This document shows, in pieces, positions 24,069 through 34,906 of a stretch of 64,000 nt of DNA. Every line of letters begins with the position of its first letter. The stretch's first letter is position 1. The translations under genes were made by a program, and so were the position numbers. The stretch is taken from contig OY763415.1 of assembly GCA_963667565.1 (NCBI GenBank), positions 1,600,001 through 1,664,000 of the forward strand, written 5' to 3'. The stretch is from Acholeplasmataceae bacterium. GTDB taxonomy: Bacteria > Bacillota_I > Bacilli_A > Acholeplasmatales > Acholeplasmataceae. The notes beneath the pieces are model-generated. The model was not told where the DNA came from. It did not search any database and was given only the letters and a program-made list of their open reading frames with translations.

Positions 24069-26003
24069 ATGAGAAAAATAAAGAACATAAATGAAGGTTG
24101 GTCATTTATTAAAATTAATTTACCTTTAGAATCGGTTAAATCTGAGAAAGGTGCATCAATTGACCTACCACACACATGGAATGGTATTGATGGCCAAGAT
24201 GGGGGAAATGATTATATTAGGGATGCTTTTTGGTATAAAAAAACATTTGCGAAAAATGAACTACCAGAAGGAAGCAAACAATTTATTGAGTTCAAAGGTG
24301 TTAACGCATCAGCCGATGTATATTTAAATGATGATTTAATAGGTCATCATGATGGTGGCTATTCTACATTTAGATTTGAAATCACTCAATATTTAAAAGA
24401 TCATAATGAAATGTTCGTATGGGTTGATAATTCCGTAAATGATAGAGTATATCCGCAAAAAGCTGATTTCACATTCTATGGTGGTATTTATCGCGATGTT
24501 TCAATCATCAGTGTTGATGATAATCACTTTGATTTATTGCATTATGGTTCAAAAGGTGCAAAAGTTAACGCACATATGATTGATGGTAAAGGACAACTAG
24601 AATTAGAAACATATGTGGTTGGTGAAGGTAAAGTATTCGTAGAAGTTAAAAACCAAGAGGGTAAATCAGTATATAAAGGTGAAGATACTAATCCAATTGT
24701 CATTGATGATGTTCATTTATGGCAAGGTATGGATGATCCATATTTATATTCAGTTGAAATTAAACTTAAAGATGGCAACAAAATTTTAGATAACATTGAA
24801 TATCAAGTTGGGTTTAGAAGCTTTCATTTTGATGCTCAGGATGGATTTTATTTAAATGGTAAAAAATATCCACTCCGTGGTGTTTGTAGACATCAAGATA
24901 GACCAAAAATTGGGAATGCATTAACAGTTAAAGAACACGATGAAGATATCCGAATCATTAAAGAAGTTGGCGCAAATACAATTAGACTTGCACATTATCA
25001 GCATGATGATTATTTCTATAATTTATGTGATAAAGAAGGGTTTGTTGTTTGGGCCGAAATTCCTTATATTTCAAAACACATGAATAACGCAAATGAAAAC
25101 GCTAGAAATCAAATGAGAGAATTAATCATTCAACAATACCATAGACCAAGTATCGTTACTTGGGGTATCTCAAATGAAATCACAATTTCATATGCAGGTA
25201 AAGATTGCTTAGCATTCCATAAAGAAATGAATGATTTAGTACATCATTTAGATCAATCAAGAAAAACAGTGATTGCTGACTATATGCCAACAAGAATTCA
25301 TAATAAATTAAATAGAGTACCAGACATTGTATCATACAACTTATATTTTGGATGGTATTTACCATTTACATCACTTGCAGGATGGAAGTTAGATAGATAC
25401 CATAAAAAATTTCCTAATGAAATTATAGGTTTATCTGAGTACGGTGCTGAAGGTGTTAATAAAGTATTTAATAAATATCCAAGACGTGGTGATAATACAG
25501 AAGCATATCAAGCAATTTATCATGAACGCATGTTAGATATAATTAATGCAAGAGATTATATTTGGGGTACACATGTTTGGAACATGTTTGATTTCGCAGC
25601 TGATGCTAGAAATCAAGGTGGAGAACCTGGTATGAACCATAAAGGTTTAGTAACATTTGATCGTAAGAGAAGAAAAGATGCATTTTATATTTATAAAGCA
25701 AATTGGTCAAAAGAAGCATTTATTCATTTATGTGATAAAGATTATGAAAAAAGAACAGGTAAGAAAACAAAAATTAAAGTATACTCAAATCAAGAACATA
25801 TTGAAATCTATCATAATGGAGTACTTGTGTTTAATGGTAAACCTACTCACCATATAGTAGAAGTTAAAGTAGTGATGACAAAAGAAAATCATGTTGTTGC
25901 TAAATCAAATGATTTATTAGATGAATCAAAATTTATTAAAGTAAAGAATAAACCAAGTTCATACAAAATTAAGAAAACTAAAAATGCAAGTTGGGAAAAA
26001 TAA
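24069..26003 (+). CDS. GH2 glycoside hydrolase, probable beta-glucuronidase
   Basis: GGIYRDV, GVCRHQD, RLAHY, WGISNE (acid/base), SEYGA (nucleophile), NHKG = NxKG GUS motif; operon with ux genes. Confidence 0.85.
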   Translation: MRKIKNINEGWSFIKINLPLESVKSEKGASIDLPHTWNGIDGQDGGNDYIRDAFWYKKTFAKNELPEGSKQFIEFKGVNASADVYLNDDLIGHHDGGYSTFRFEITQYLKDHNEMFVWVDNSVNDRVYPQKADFTFYGGIYRDVSIISVDDNHFDLLHYGSKGAKVNAHMIDGKGQLELETYVVGEGKVFVEVKNQEGKSVYKGEDTNPIVIDDVHLWQGMDDPYLYSVEIKLKDGNKILDNIEYQVGFRSFHFDAQDGFYLNGKKYPLRGVCRHQDRPKIGNALTVKEHDEDIRIIKEVGANTIRLAHYQHDDYFYNLCDKEGFVVWAEIPYISKHMNNANENARNQMRELIIQQYHRPSIVTWGISNEITISYAGKDCLAFHKEMNDLVHHLDQSRKTVIADYMPTRIHNKLNRVPDIVSYNLYFGWYLPFTSLAGWKLDRYHKKFPNEIIGLSEYGAEGVNKVFNKYPRRGDNTEAYQAIYHERMLDIINARDYIWGTHVWNMFDFAADARNQGGEPGMNHKGLVTFDRKRRKDAFYIYKANWSKEAFIHLCDKDYEKRTGKKTKIKVYSNQEHIEIYHNGVLVFNGKPTHHIVEVKVVMTKENHVVAKSNDLLDESKFIKVKNKPSSYKIKKTKNASWEK

Positions 26004-26006
26004 AGG

Positions 26007-27836
26007 ATGAAAGATATGATAGAAGAAAAGTCTAACGACTATAGCGGACATATTAATAAAGGAAAAAGATATCAAGTCGCTTTATTTCCTTTTAACAACG
26101 CAGCTACCAATACATATTTAGCATTGATGACATTCGTCACTTATTATGGTGGTTATTATTTAAGTGGTGGATTCCTTGGTGGAATACTGTCAGCAAGCGC
26201 AATGGCGGCATTAACTATAATCTTATCATCGATTGTGACTGGTATGCGTATATTTGATGGGATTACAGATCCATTCATTGGCGCATTAATTGATAAAACA
26301 AATGGACGTATTGGTAAATTTAGACCATATATGATTTTTGGTAATTTATTATTAGCATTTTCTGTTCTAGCAATGTTTTTCTTAATTAGACCTATTGAGG
26401 CATCATGGTTAAGATGGACATTATTTATATTTACATATGTCTTGTATGTATTAGGATATACAGCGCAAACAGCAGTTACAAAAGCTGGCCAAACGTGTAT
26501 TACAAATGATCCAAAACAACGTTCTCAATTTGTTGTTTGGAACATGGTTGGTATGATTGGATCAATTGTTTTAATTAATATGATTGGTAATGGATTATTA
26601 CCCATTATAGTCGATCCTATTGATGCAGCAAATAACTTAGGTTCACAATACAATCCTGAGTTTTATAATCTCTTAGTACCAATCGCAGTGGGTATTTCAA
26701 TGCTTTATACTGCATTAGCAGTATTTGCGATTTGGAAAAAAGATATTCCTGAAAACTGGGGTATTGATTCAGATCATAAACCTGCAAAATTCAAAGATTT
26801 TCTCAATGTATTGAAATTTAATAATCAAATTAGATGGTTAGTATTTTCAGCAGCAGCAAATAAATTAGCGTCAACAATTGCTACTTCAGGTGCAGTTGCA
26901 GTATTAATCTATTATTTAATGATGGATAACTATAATGGATTGTATATGCCAATGTATGTTTTATCATTCATATTTATGGGGGTATTCTTTATTGTTGGTG
27001 CCAAACTTGCTGGTAAAAGAGGTCAAAAAAGAGCAGTAACCCAATTTACAGCATTCGCATTTATGTTTTATTTAGGTATTGCTGTAATGTTAATGATCTG
27101 GGATCCTAATAATCCAAATACACATTTATCGCTTCTTCATTGGAATCAAGATGGTTCATTATACTTCCAAACAAATTTAATTACATTAGTATGGATTGTA
27201 TTCTTTGGATTTGGTTATGGTGCTTATAATTTAGCATCAGAAATGGTCATCCCAATGATTGCTGACTGTACAGATTTTGAGACATATCGTTCAGGTAATT
27301 ATGTGCCTGGTATGATGGGAACACTATTCTCATTAATTGATAAGTTTGTATCAAGTTTCGCAACTGTGTTAATTTCAGTATTTACAGTAAGTTTAATACC
27401 AGCTCTTAATGGTACTCTTCCAAGTACAGGAATTGATTTGACTCATTTTGATTTTCAAGGTGTACAATTATCAGCAATTATTACGTTTGCAGTTCTTCCT
27501 ATGTTAGCTTGGTTAATTACATTGGTTTCAATGTACTTCTATAAATTAAGCGGTAATAAATTAAGAGAAATTCAAGCAGTCAATGCAATTCGTAAAAAAG
27601 CCATCAGTTTAGGTATGCCTAAAGCAGATGCGATGGAATTATGGAAAACGATTGATCAAGTACCTCAAGACTTTATTCATGATTTTAATAAAATCATTCA
27701 TGAAGAAAATGAGAAACTTTCAGTTATGGATAAAATATATGATAGAATTTGGGGCAAAAAAGAACATGTAAATGCAAAACCTGCATCTCATGCTATTCAA
27801 ATCCCAATTGAGTATGAAAAAAATAATTTGAGTTAA
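26007..27836 (+). CDS. MFS glycoside-pentoside-hexuronide symporter
   Basis: RIFDGITDPFIGALIDKTNGRIGKFRPY, MIADCTDFE; multiple TM helices. Confidence 0.88.
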   Translation: MKDMIEEKSNDYSGHINKGKRYQVALFPFNNAATNTYLALMTFVTYYGGYYLSGGFLGGILSASAMAALTIILSSIVTGMRIFDGITDPFIGALIDKTNGRIGKFRPYMIFGNLLLAFSVLAMFFLIRPIEASWLRWTLFIFTYVLYVLGYTAQTAVTKAGQTCITNDPKQRSQFVVWNMVGMIGSIVLINMIGNGLLPIIVDPIDAANNLGSQYNPEFYNLLVPIAVGISMLYTALAVFAIWKKDIPENWGIDSDHKPAKFKDFLNVLKFNNQIRWLVFSAAANKLASTIATSGAVAVLIYYLMMDNYNGLYMPMYVLSFIFMGVFFIVGAKLAGKRGQKRAVTQFTAFAFMFYLGIAVMLMIWDPNNPNTHLSLLHWNQDGSLYFQTNLITLVWIVFFGFGYGAYNLASEMVIPMIADCTDFETYRSGNYVPGMMGTLFSLIDKFVSSFATVLISVFTVSLIPALNGTLPSTGIDLTHFDFQGVQLSAIITFAVLPMLAWLITLVSMYFYKLSGNKLREIQAVNAIRKKAISLGMPKADAMELWKTIDQVPQDFIHDFNKIIHEENEKLSVMDKIYDRIWGKKEHVNAKPASHAIQIPIEYEKNNLS

Positions 27837-27847
27837 GTGGTGAGAAT

Positions 27848-28489
27848 ATGTATAAACATGAAGTTTTAAAGAAAATAACGGATGTAGGTGTTGTTGCAGT
27901 TGTTAGAGCAGAAAACGAAGAACAAGCAATCAATATCTCAAAAGCATGTATTGAAGGCGGGATTCCCGCCATTGAAGTGACATTTACTGTTCCAGGCGCA
28001 GCAGATGTTATTAAAGCACTAGACCAAAAATTTGGTGATGATGAATTAATCGTTGGTGCTGGAACTGTCCTAGATAGTGAAACAGCAAGAATTGCGATAT
28101 TAGCAGGTGCTAAATATATCGTATCTCCGGGATTTGATTTAGAATCAGCAAAATTATGCAACAGATACCAAGTACCTTATATGCCAGGATGCTTAACAAT
28201 TACAGAAATGCTAACAGCGATGGAAGCAGGTGCAGATGTTGTTAAATTATTCCCTGGAAGTGCATTTGGTCCATCATATGTTAAAGCAGTAAAAGGACCT
28301 CTACCACAAGCAAACATTATGCCAACAGGTGGTGTATCACTAGATAATGTAGCGACATGGATTAAAAATGGTGTCGTGGCAGTTGGTGTAGGCGGAGATT
28401 TAACCGCACCAGCTAAAAATGGTGATTATGAAGGTGTTAAACAAAATGCAATTGCATTTGTAGAAGCTGTAAAGAAGGCGAGAAGATAA
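27848..28489 (+). CDS. eda: KDPG/KHG aldolase
   Basis: IEVTF, VGAGTVLD, IVSPG, KLFP, MPTGGV. Confidence 0.95.
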   Translation: MYKHEVLKKITDVGVVAVVRAENEEQAINISKACIEGGIPAIEVTFTVPGAADVIKALDQKFGDDELIVGAGTVLDSETARIAILAGAKYIVSPGFDLESAKLCNRYQVPYMPGCLTITEMLTAMEAGADVVKLFPGSAFGPSYVKAVKGPLPQANIMPTGGVSLDNVATWIKNGVVAVGVGGDLTAPAKNGDYEGVKQNAIAFVEAVKKARR

Positions 28490-28491
28490 TC

Positions 28492-29514
28492 ATGTCAAAA
28501 ATCATTACTTTAGGCGAAATCATGCTTAGATTATCGACACAAGGACAAGAAAGATTTGTTCAATCAAATGCATTTAATATAGTATATGGTGGTGGTGAAG
28601 CAAATGTTGCAGTGTCGTTGGCAAACTATGGACACGAAGCATATTTTGTATCAAAGTTACCTACACATGAAATTGGACAAAGCGCAGTAAATGCCTTAAG
28701 ACAATATGGCGTTAACACAGATTATATCGCACGTGGTGGCGATAGAATAGGTATTTATTTTTTAGAAACTGGCGCATCAATGAGACCATCAAAAGTCATT
28801 TATGATCGCGCAAAAAGTGCGATTGCAGAAGCAGATGTCACTGATTTTAATTTTGATGAAATATTTGAAGGAAAAGATTGGTTTCACTGGTCAGGCATTA
28901 CACCAGCAATCAGCCCTAAAGCAGCAGAGATCACAAAACTAGCTTGCCAAGCAGCTAAAAAACATGGTGTGAGAGTTTCAGTAGATTTAAACTACCGTAA
29001 GAAATTATGGACACCAGAACAAGCTCAAGCGGTGATGAAAGATTTAATGCAATATGTCGATGTATGTATTGGAAACGAAGAGGATGCAGAGTTAGTACTA
29101 GGCTTTAAACCGGCACATACAGATGTAACTTCTGGGAAATTAGATGCAGAAGGTTACAAACAAATATTTAAAGAAATGAAAGAAGCCTTTGGATTTGAAA
29201 TTGTCACTTCAACATTAAGAGAATCTTATAGTGCAACAAAAAATGGTTGGAGTGCATTATTATATGATGGTAATGCATTTTATCAGTCAAAAAGATATGA
29301 AATATCCCCAATCATTGATCGAGTTGGTGGAGGAGATTCATTCGCTGGTGGTTTAATTCATGGTCTATTAACCAAGAAACCACAGGAAGCAATAGAATTT
29401 GCAGTTGCTGCAAGTGCATTGAAACATACAATCCCTGGAGATTTCAACTTAGTTGATGTAAATGAAGTTGAAACTTTAGCCGGTGGATCTGCTTCAGGTA
29501 GAGTACAAAGATAG
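28492..29514 (+). CDS. kdgK: 2-keto-3-deoxygluconate kinase (PfkB family)
   Basis: [33 protein letters not shown]. Confidence 0.92.
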   Translation: MSKIITLGEIMLRLSTQGQERFVQSNAFNIVYGGGEANVAVSLANYGHEAYFVSKLPTHEIGQSAVNALRQYGVNTDYIARGGDRIGIYFLETGASMRPSKVIYDRAKSAIAEADVTDFNFDEIFEGKDWFHWSGITPAISPKAAEITKLACQAAKKHGVRVSVDLNYRKKLWTPEQAQAVMKDLMQYVDVCIGNEEDAELVLGFKPAHTDVTSGKLDAEGYKQIFKEMKEAFGFEIVTSTLRESYSATKNGWSALLYDGNAFYQSKRYEISPIIDRVGGGDSFAGGLIHGLLTKKPQEAIEFAVAASALKHTIPGDFNLVDVNEVETLAGGSASGRVQR

Positions 29515-29527
29515 GAGAATAATTATT

Positions 29528-30583
29528 ATGAAATTATCATTTAGATGGTATGGTGAAAGTGACCCAGTCACTTTACAAAACATCAGACAAATCCCACATA
29601 TGAATGCAATTGTAACGGCTGTATATGATGTTCCAGTAGGCGAAGTATGGCCAATGGAAAACATCTTGAAATTAAAAGACTCAGTTGAAAAAAACGGATT
29701 AGCATTTGATGTTATCGAAAGTGTACCAGTACATGAAGACATCAAATTGGGTAAACCATCCAGAGACTTACTTATCGAAAACTACAAACAAAATATAAAG
29801 AACTTAGGTGAAGCAGGGATCAAAGTTATTTGCTATAACTTTATGCCGGTATTTGATTGGACAAGAACAGAGTTAGATCACGAGCTTGCTGATGGTTCAA
29901 ATGCTTTGGTTTATTATAAAGAGCAATTGGATAAAATGAATCCTTTGACAGGTGAATTATCACTTCCAGGTTGGGATTCAAGTTATACTAAAGAATCACT
30001 TTCAAAATTATTTGATGATTATAAAAAAGTTGATGAAGAAAAATTATGGGAAAATCTATCTTACTTCTTAAAAGCAATTATTCCTGTAGCAGAAACTGCA
30101 GGTGTTAAGATGGCTATTCATCCAGATGATCCACCTTATTCAATCTTTGGATTACCAAGAATTATTACATGTGAAGAAAATTTAGATAGATTCTTAAAAA
30201 TAGTTGATTCACCATATAATGGACTAACTTTTTGCACAGGTTCATTTGGATCATCACCTAAGAATCATGTTGAAGATATGGTAGCAAAATATGCAAAAAT
30301 GAATAGAATTCATTTTATGCATATGAGAAATGTAAAATTACTTTCTGATGGTTTTAGCTTTGAGGAAAGTGCACACCCATCTTCATATGGATCAATAGAT
30401 ATGGTCAAAGTGTTAGAAAACTTATATGATCATGGTTTTGATGGTTATATAAGACCTGATCATGGACGTATGATTTGGGGCGAAACAGGTAAACCAGGTT
30501 ATGGATTGTATGATCGTGCATTAGGTGCGACATATTTAGTTGGCATTTATGAAACATTAGAAAAAATCAAAGGTGGTAAATAA
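29528..30583 (+). CDS. uxuA: Mannonate dehydratase
   Basis: [48 protein letters not shown] before ATG 29528. Confidence 0.96.
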   Translation: MKLSFRWYGESDPVTLQNIRQIPHMNAIVTAVYDVPVGEVWPMENILKLKDSVEKNGLAFDVIESVPVHEDIKLGKPSRDLLIENYKQNIKNLGEAGIKVICYNFMPVFDWTRTELDHELADGSNALVYYKEQLDKMNPLTGELSLPGWDSSYTKESLSKLFDDYKKVDEEKLWENLSYFLKAIIPVAETAGVKMAIHPDDPPYSIFGLPRIITCEENLDRFLKIVDSPYNGLTFCTGSFGSSPKNHVEDMVAKYAKMNRIHFMHMRNVKLLSDGFSFEESAHPSSYGSIDMVKVLENLYDHGFDGYIRPDHGRMIWGETGKPGYGLYDRALGATYLVGIYETLEKIKGGK

Positions 30584-30584
30584 G

Positions 30585-31433
30585 ATGAGTGTTCCATTTA
30601 AAATAAATTTAGAAAATAAAGTCGCTGTTGTCACAGGTGGTGCAGGTGTTTTAGGTAGTTATTGGGTAGAAGCTTTATTAGAGTGTGGCGCTAAAGTTGC
30701 TATTTTAGACTTACGTTTAGAAAATGCTGAAAAGAAAGCGAAAGAACTTTCTCATTTAGGTACAGTTATTGGTGTAGAAGCTAATGTATTAAATAAAGAA
30801 AGTTTAGAAGCGGCACATCAAACTGTTTTATCAAGACTAGGCAAATGTGATATTTTACTAAATGGTGCTGGTGGAAATCATCCAAAAGGCACTACTACAA
30901 ATGAATATTATGAATCGGGCGATATTGATAAAGAAGACTTAACAACATTTTTTGATTTAGATCAAGATGGTGTAAGATTTGTTTTCGATTTAAACTTTAT
31001 TGGTACATTATTACCATCTCAAGTTTTTGCTAAAGATATGATTGAAAAACCAGGTTCTACAATCATTAATGTTTCATCAATGAATGCATATACACCACTC
31101 ACAAAAATTCCAGCATATTCAGGTGCGAAAGCAGCTGTTTCAAATTTCACTGAATGGTTAGCAGTTCATTTCAGCAAAGTTGGCATTAGAGTGAATGCGA
31201 TTGCCCCAGGATTTTTCGTTACAACTCAAAATGAAAAATTACTAGTTAATCCTGATGGTACTCCAACAGCAAGATCAAATAAAATCTTAAATTCTACTCC
31301 AATGGGTAGATATGGTAAACCAGAGGAATTAATTGGTGCATTACTATTCTTAATTGATGAAGGTGCTTCATCATTTGTTAATGGTGTTGTTATACCAATT
31401 GATGGTGGTTTCTCAGTATATTCAGGAGTCTAA
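30585..31433 (+). CDS. uxuB: D-mannonate oxidoreductase (SDR type)
   Basis: TGGAGVLG, NGAGGNHP, PLTKIPAYSGAK; lies between uxuA and uxaC. Confidence 0.85.
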   Translation: MSVPFKINLENKVAVVTGGAGVLGSYWVEALLECGAKVAILDLRLENAEKKAKELSHLGTVIGVEANVLNKESLEAAHQTVLSRLGKCDILLNGAGGNHPKGTTTNEYYESGDIDKEDLTTFFDLDQDGVRFVFDLNFIGTLLPSQVFAKDMIEKPGSTIINVSSMNAYTPLTKIPAYSGAKAAVSNFTEWLAVHFSKVGIRVNAIAPGFFVTTQNEKLLVNPDGTPTARSNKILNSTPMGRYGKPEELIGALLFLIDEGASSFVNGVVIPIDGGFSVYSGV

Positions 31434-31435
31434 CG

Positions 31436-32824
31436 ATGGCTTTTATGGATAAAGACTTCCTGTTGGATTCTCATTTAGCAGTTAAACTGTATCATGAAGT
31501 TGTAGAAAACTTACCAATCGTTGACTATCACTGCCATTTAAATGCAAAAGACATTTATGAAAATAAACCATTTAAATCTATTACAGATGTTTGGTTAAAT
31601 GGTGACCATTACAAATGGCGTTTTTTAAGAAGTTTTGGTTTAGAAGAGTCGTTAGTTAGTTTTGGTGAAGATGAATATTCAAGATTTTTAGCATATGCAA
31701 AACATATGCCATATGCAATAGGTAATCCTTTATATCATTGGACTCATCTAGAATTAAAAAGATTTTTTAAAACAGATTTATTGCTCAATGAAAAAAACGC
31801 TAGAAGTATTTATGAAATCACAAATCAAAAAATCACTCAAACAAGACCATCGGATATACTTAAGCATTTTAATGTTTCAGTGATTGGTACAACAGACGAT
31901 CCAGTCGATGATTTAAAATACCATATACTTTTAAAAAATAGTCAATTAGATTATAAAGTTATACCTACTTTTAGACCAGATAAGGCATTACATATCGAAC
32001 TCCCAAGTTTTAATCCTTGGATTAAACAATTAGAAGAGGTTACGCAAATCAAAATCACTGACATTTCATCTTTGGAAGATGCGTTACTTAATCGAATGAT
32101 GTTCTTTAATGACAATGGATGTAAATCTTCTGATCACTCATTTAATCACATTATGTTTGTAAAAACGACAAAAGAAGAAGTCAATTACATTTTAATTAAA
32201 GCATTGCAAGATGATCATATAACTGAATTAGAACTTAAAAAATATAAAGGTTATATGTTAACTTATCTAGGTAGATGTTATAAAAAATTAAATTGGGTAC
32301 AACAATATCATATAGGTGCACTTAGAAATGTTAATGAACTTATCTATCACAGATATGGAGCTGATTATGGTTATGATTCAATGAATGATCAAGGCTTTAT
32401 TGAGCAGTTAAGTCAATTGTTAAATGAACAAGAAAAGACGAATGAATTACCTAAAACAATACTATATACGTTGAATCCAGCGTTTAATGAGGCAATTGTA
32501 TCACTCAGTGGGTCATTTCATGAAACTGGAATAAGACAAAAGGTACAGTTCGGTAGTGGTTGGTGGTTCAATGATCAACTTGATGGTATGAACCGTCAAT
32601 TAGAGGCATATTCTCAAATGAGTTTCTTAACAAATTTTGTTGGTATGACAACAGATTCTAGATCATTTTTGTCATATGTTAGACATGAGTACTTTAGAAG
32701 ATTAGTTACTAATAAATTAGCTAAACTCGTCGAAAGTGGTCAATATCCTGATGATTTTGATGCGTTAAGTGAAATTGCAAAGGGTATTTGCTATAAAAAT
32801 GCAGTATCATATTTTGATATTTAA
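31436..32824 (+). CDS. uxaC: Uronate (glucuronate) isomerase
   Basis: DYHCHL, GDHYKWR, GNPLYHWTHLEL, GWWFND, TDSRSFLSY.RHEYFRR. Confidence 0.96.
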   Translation: MAFMDKDFLLDSHLAVKLYHEVVENLPIVDYHCHLNAKDIYENKPFKSITDVWLNGDHYKWRFLRSFGLEESLVSFGEDEYSRFLAYAKHMPYAIGNPLYHWTHLELKRFFKTDLLLNEKNARSIYEITNQKITQTRPSDILKHFNVSVIGTTDDPVDDLKYHILLKNSQLDYKVIPTFRPDKALHIELPSFNPWIKQLEEVTQIKITDISSLEDALLNRMMFFNDNGCKSSDHSFNHIMFVKTTKEEVNYILIKALQDDHITELELKKYKGYMLTYLGRCYKKLNWVQQYHIGALRNVNELIYHRYGADYGYDSMNDQGFIEQLSQLLNEQEKTNELPKTILYTLNPAFNEAIVSLSGSFHETGIRQKVQFGSGWWFNDQLDGMNRQLEAYSQMSFLTNFVGMTTDSRSFLSYVRHEYFRRLVTNKLAKLVESGQYPDDFDALSEIAKGICYKNAVSYFDI

Positions 32825-32897
32825 TATAAGTAAAGTAATTTCTTTTCCTCCAACGGTTTATCGTTAACTCCAAATACTTATATTTAATATATAAAGA

Positions 32898-32937
32898 ACT
32901 ATAAATGTTGATGTTTCAACTATTTATAGTTTTTTTT
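32898..32937 (+). terminator. Hairpin after uxaC
   Basis: AACTATAAAT...ATTTATAGTT followed by a T-tract. Confidence 0.55.
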
Positions 32938-33061
32938 GTATAAAAATGAGATAAAAAAACACCTCAATCATTTATTGATCAAGGTGATTTTATGAATCAT
33001 TGAATTTCATATTTTTATACATTCAATTTAGAATGTCAATTAAATAGTATTTACTATCGTA

Positions 33062-33919
33062 TTAAATGCCTTCTTTGTCTCTAAAACTTTGTTTAAATTG
33101 ATCCAAAACTTTTACTTGAACATCGTCATAATTACCTTTTAAAAATTGTTCAAAAGCATGTGATTTAAGCTGTTGCCAACTATTGGGTTCATGGTTTGTT
33201 ATTATAGGATAGAAATAGACATTATTTTGTTTAGCGGCATCAACATCCGGATATGCATCACCAATCATTAGAACATGTTTTGGATCATAACCTTTTTGAA
33301 TCATTTGTGAAATACATTCACCTTTTGTACCAATTTCTTGAGCTGTCATCACATCAAGATATTGAATCAAATGATGATTTGTCCACTCCTCATATATACC
33401 AGACATATTTGCACTTGAAATAAGTGCAATATCAACTTTTCCTAATGCAAATTCTAAGAATGATTTGACACCTTCAAATACAGGTTTATCTTGGTGAGAT
33501 AGTTTTGCTATTTTATCATTCGTATGATATGACCAGGTTAATGCTTGTTTTAATAAAGGATGATTAGTTTTTTCTATTTCTGCTATTAGCCCTTTATTCG
33601 ACAAATCATTTGTATTTTTTACCCAAGATTTTAATACATCTAAATCTGTAATATTTAATTCTTTTCCATTTAATTTATCTAATATGTCGACAAGTCCTAT
33701 AAAGCGATTTAAACCGCGTGTTTCGTTATATAAATTAAATTGATTCCATAAATCTTGTACATATGTTGCTTTGTCTTCCAAATGCCATGTTTCAATGAAT
33801 GCTGGTCCAAAACACAACTTGTGTTTCGCATTCATCGCATCAATAGCTGTCCCATCAGAGTCAATACAAATTAAATAATCGTGCTTTTTATTGAAAAATT
33901 TTATATCAAGGTTGTTCAT
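33062..33919 (-). CDS. HAD-superfamily hydrolase/phosphatase
   Basis: CIDSDGT motif I, ISSAN, MIGDAYPD; ATG 33919 follows a GAAGGGA RBS. Confidence 0.8.
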   Translation of the reverse strand: MNNLDIKFFNKKHDYLICIDSDGTAIDAMNAKHKLCFGPAFIETWHLEDKATYVQDLWNQFNLYNETRGLNRFIGLVDILDKLNGKELNITDLDVLKSWVKNTNDLSNKGLIAEIEKTNHPLLKQALTWSYHTNDKIAKLSHQDKPVFEGVKSFLEFALGKVDIALISSANMSGIYEEWTNHHLIQYLDVMTAQEIGTKGECISQMIQKGYDPKHVLMIGDAYPDVDAAKQNNVYFYPIITNHEPNSWQQLKSHAFEQFLKGNYDDVQVKVLDQFKQSFRDKEGI

Positions 33920-34480
33920 AGTAAAAAGTCCCTTCATTTTATATTTTCTATCCATTTTCTCTATCATTAAGGCATAAAATTTTAATAACTTCTATATATA
34001 TATTATACGATATTTAGGCATGAACTTGCAAGCACAGGTGCATCTACATGTGCCTTATATTTTATGTTTTTTTGATTTATCAAGAGATGCCATTTTTGAA
34101 AGAAGATATGGATGCGTATATGTATGTTTGAATCATGAACATATATGCCATAAATGGCTCTGTTAATAGGTTTATTGTTATCAACTTTTATAATCAACGA
34201 CCACTTTAACATTTCCCATATTTGATGTAGATCATAGACATATTTCACGATAAGATTTAGTGAAATCCATTTGAGCTTTTTGGTGTTTTCATCTAAATGA
34301 CTAAAGTTATAAGTATACATCATTTTTTGTTTAAGCAGATCAATTTATGATAGTGTTGTCTTTAAATTAAAAAATAAAACACTAAGCGACTATGCAATAA
34401 ATAATACATTAAGATTATTGCGTATAATCAAGTTGATTTCATATCAATCATGGATACATATTAATGCTAATTTAGATATT

Positions 34481-34569
34481 CAATTATGCAATAAAAACTA
34501 CCAATTATGCGATAGCACACACATATCAAAATAAGAGTGCTAATATAAAGATAAATGAAAGCGGTTTTA
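34481..34569 (+). promoter_or_regulatory. 89-bp regulatory module, copy 1 (inverted copy at 52096-52184)
   Basis: CAATTATGC direct repeats 21 bp apart, TGCTAATAT extended -10, TGAAAGCGGTTTTA cre-like site. Confidence 0.75.
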
Positions 34570-34906
34570 ATACCATTAAATACGGTTTAATTGCTGTTCC
34601 TATAGATACGTTTGAATCAATGCATGAAGTATAATTATCTTTTGGTTTATAACATCTTAATTCAATGATTTATGTCATTTAACATTTGATGTGACTTGTA
34701 ATAATAACTCTAATTTCGTAAGAAATAAAAATGGACATGATTGTATTAAAATAAATATTCTTTAACATAAAAAGAGTATTTATCGCAGCACATGTGTTTT
34801 GTGATTTTTTTAGTATACAAGACAATTTTAAAATTCACTTAAATAAGTACTTAATTGAAGTAAAAAAACTTTGTGAAATAAAAATATTTTAAAGGAGAAA
34901 TGAAAA

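Noticed and set aside
34003..34323. 106-aa minus-strand ORF
   Set aside because: No RBS or recognisable motif; may be decayed coding sequence but cannot be assigned
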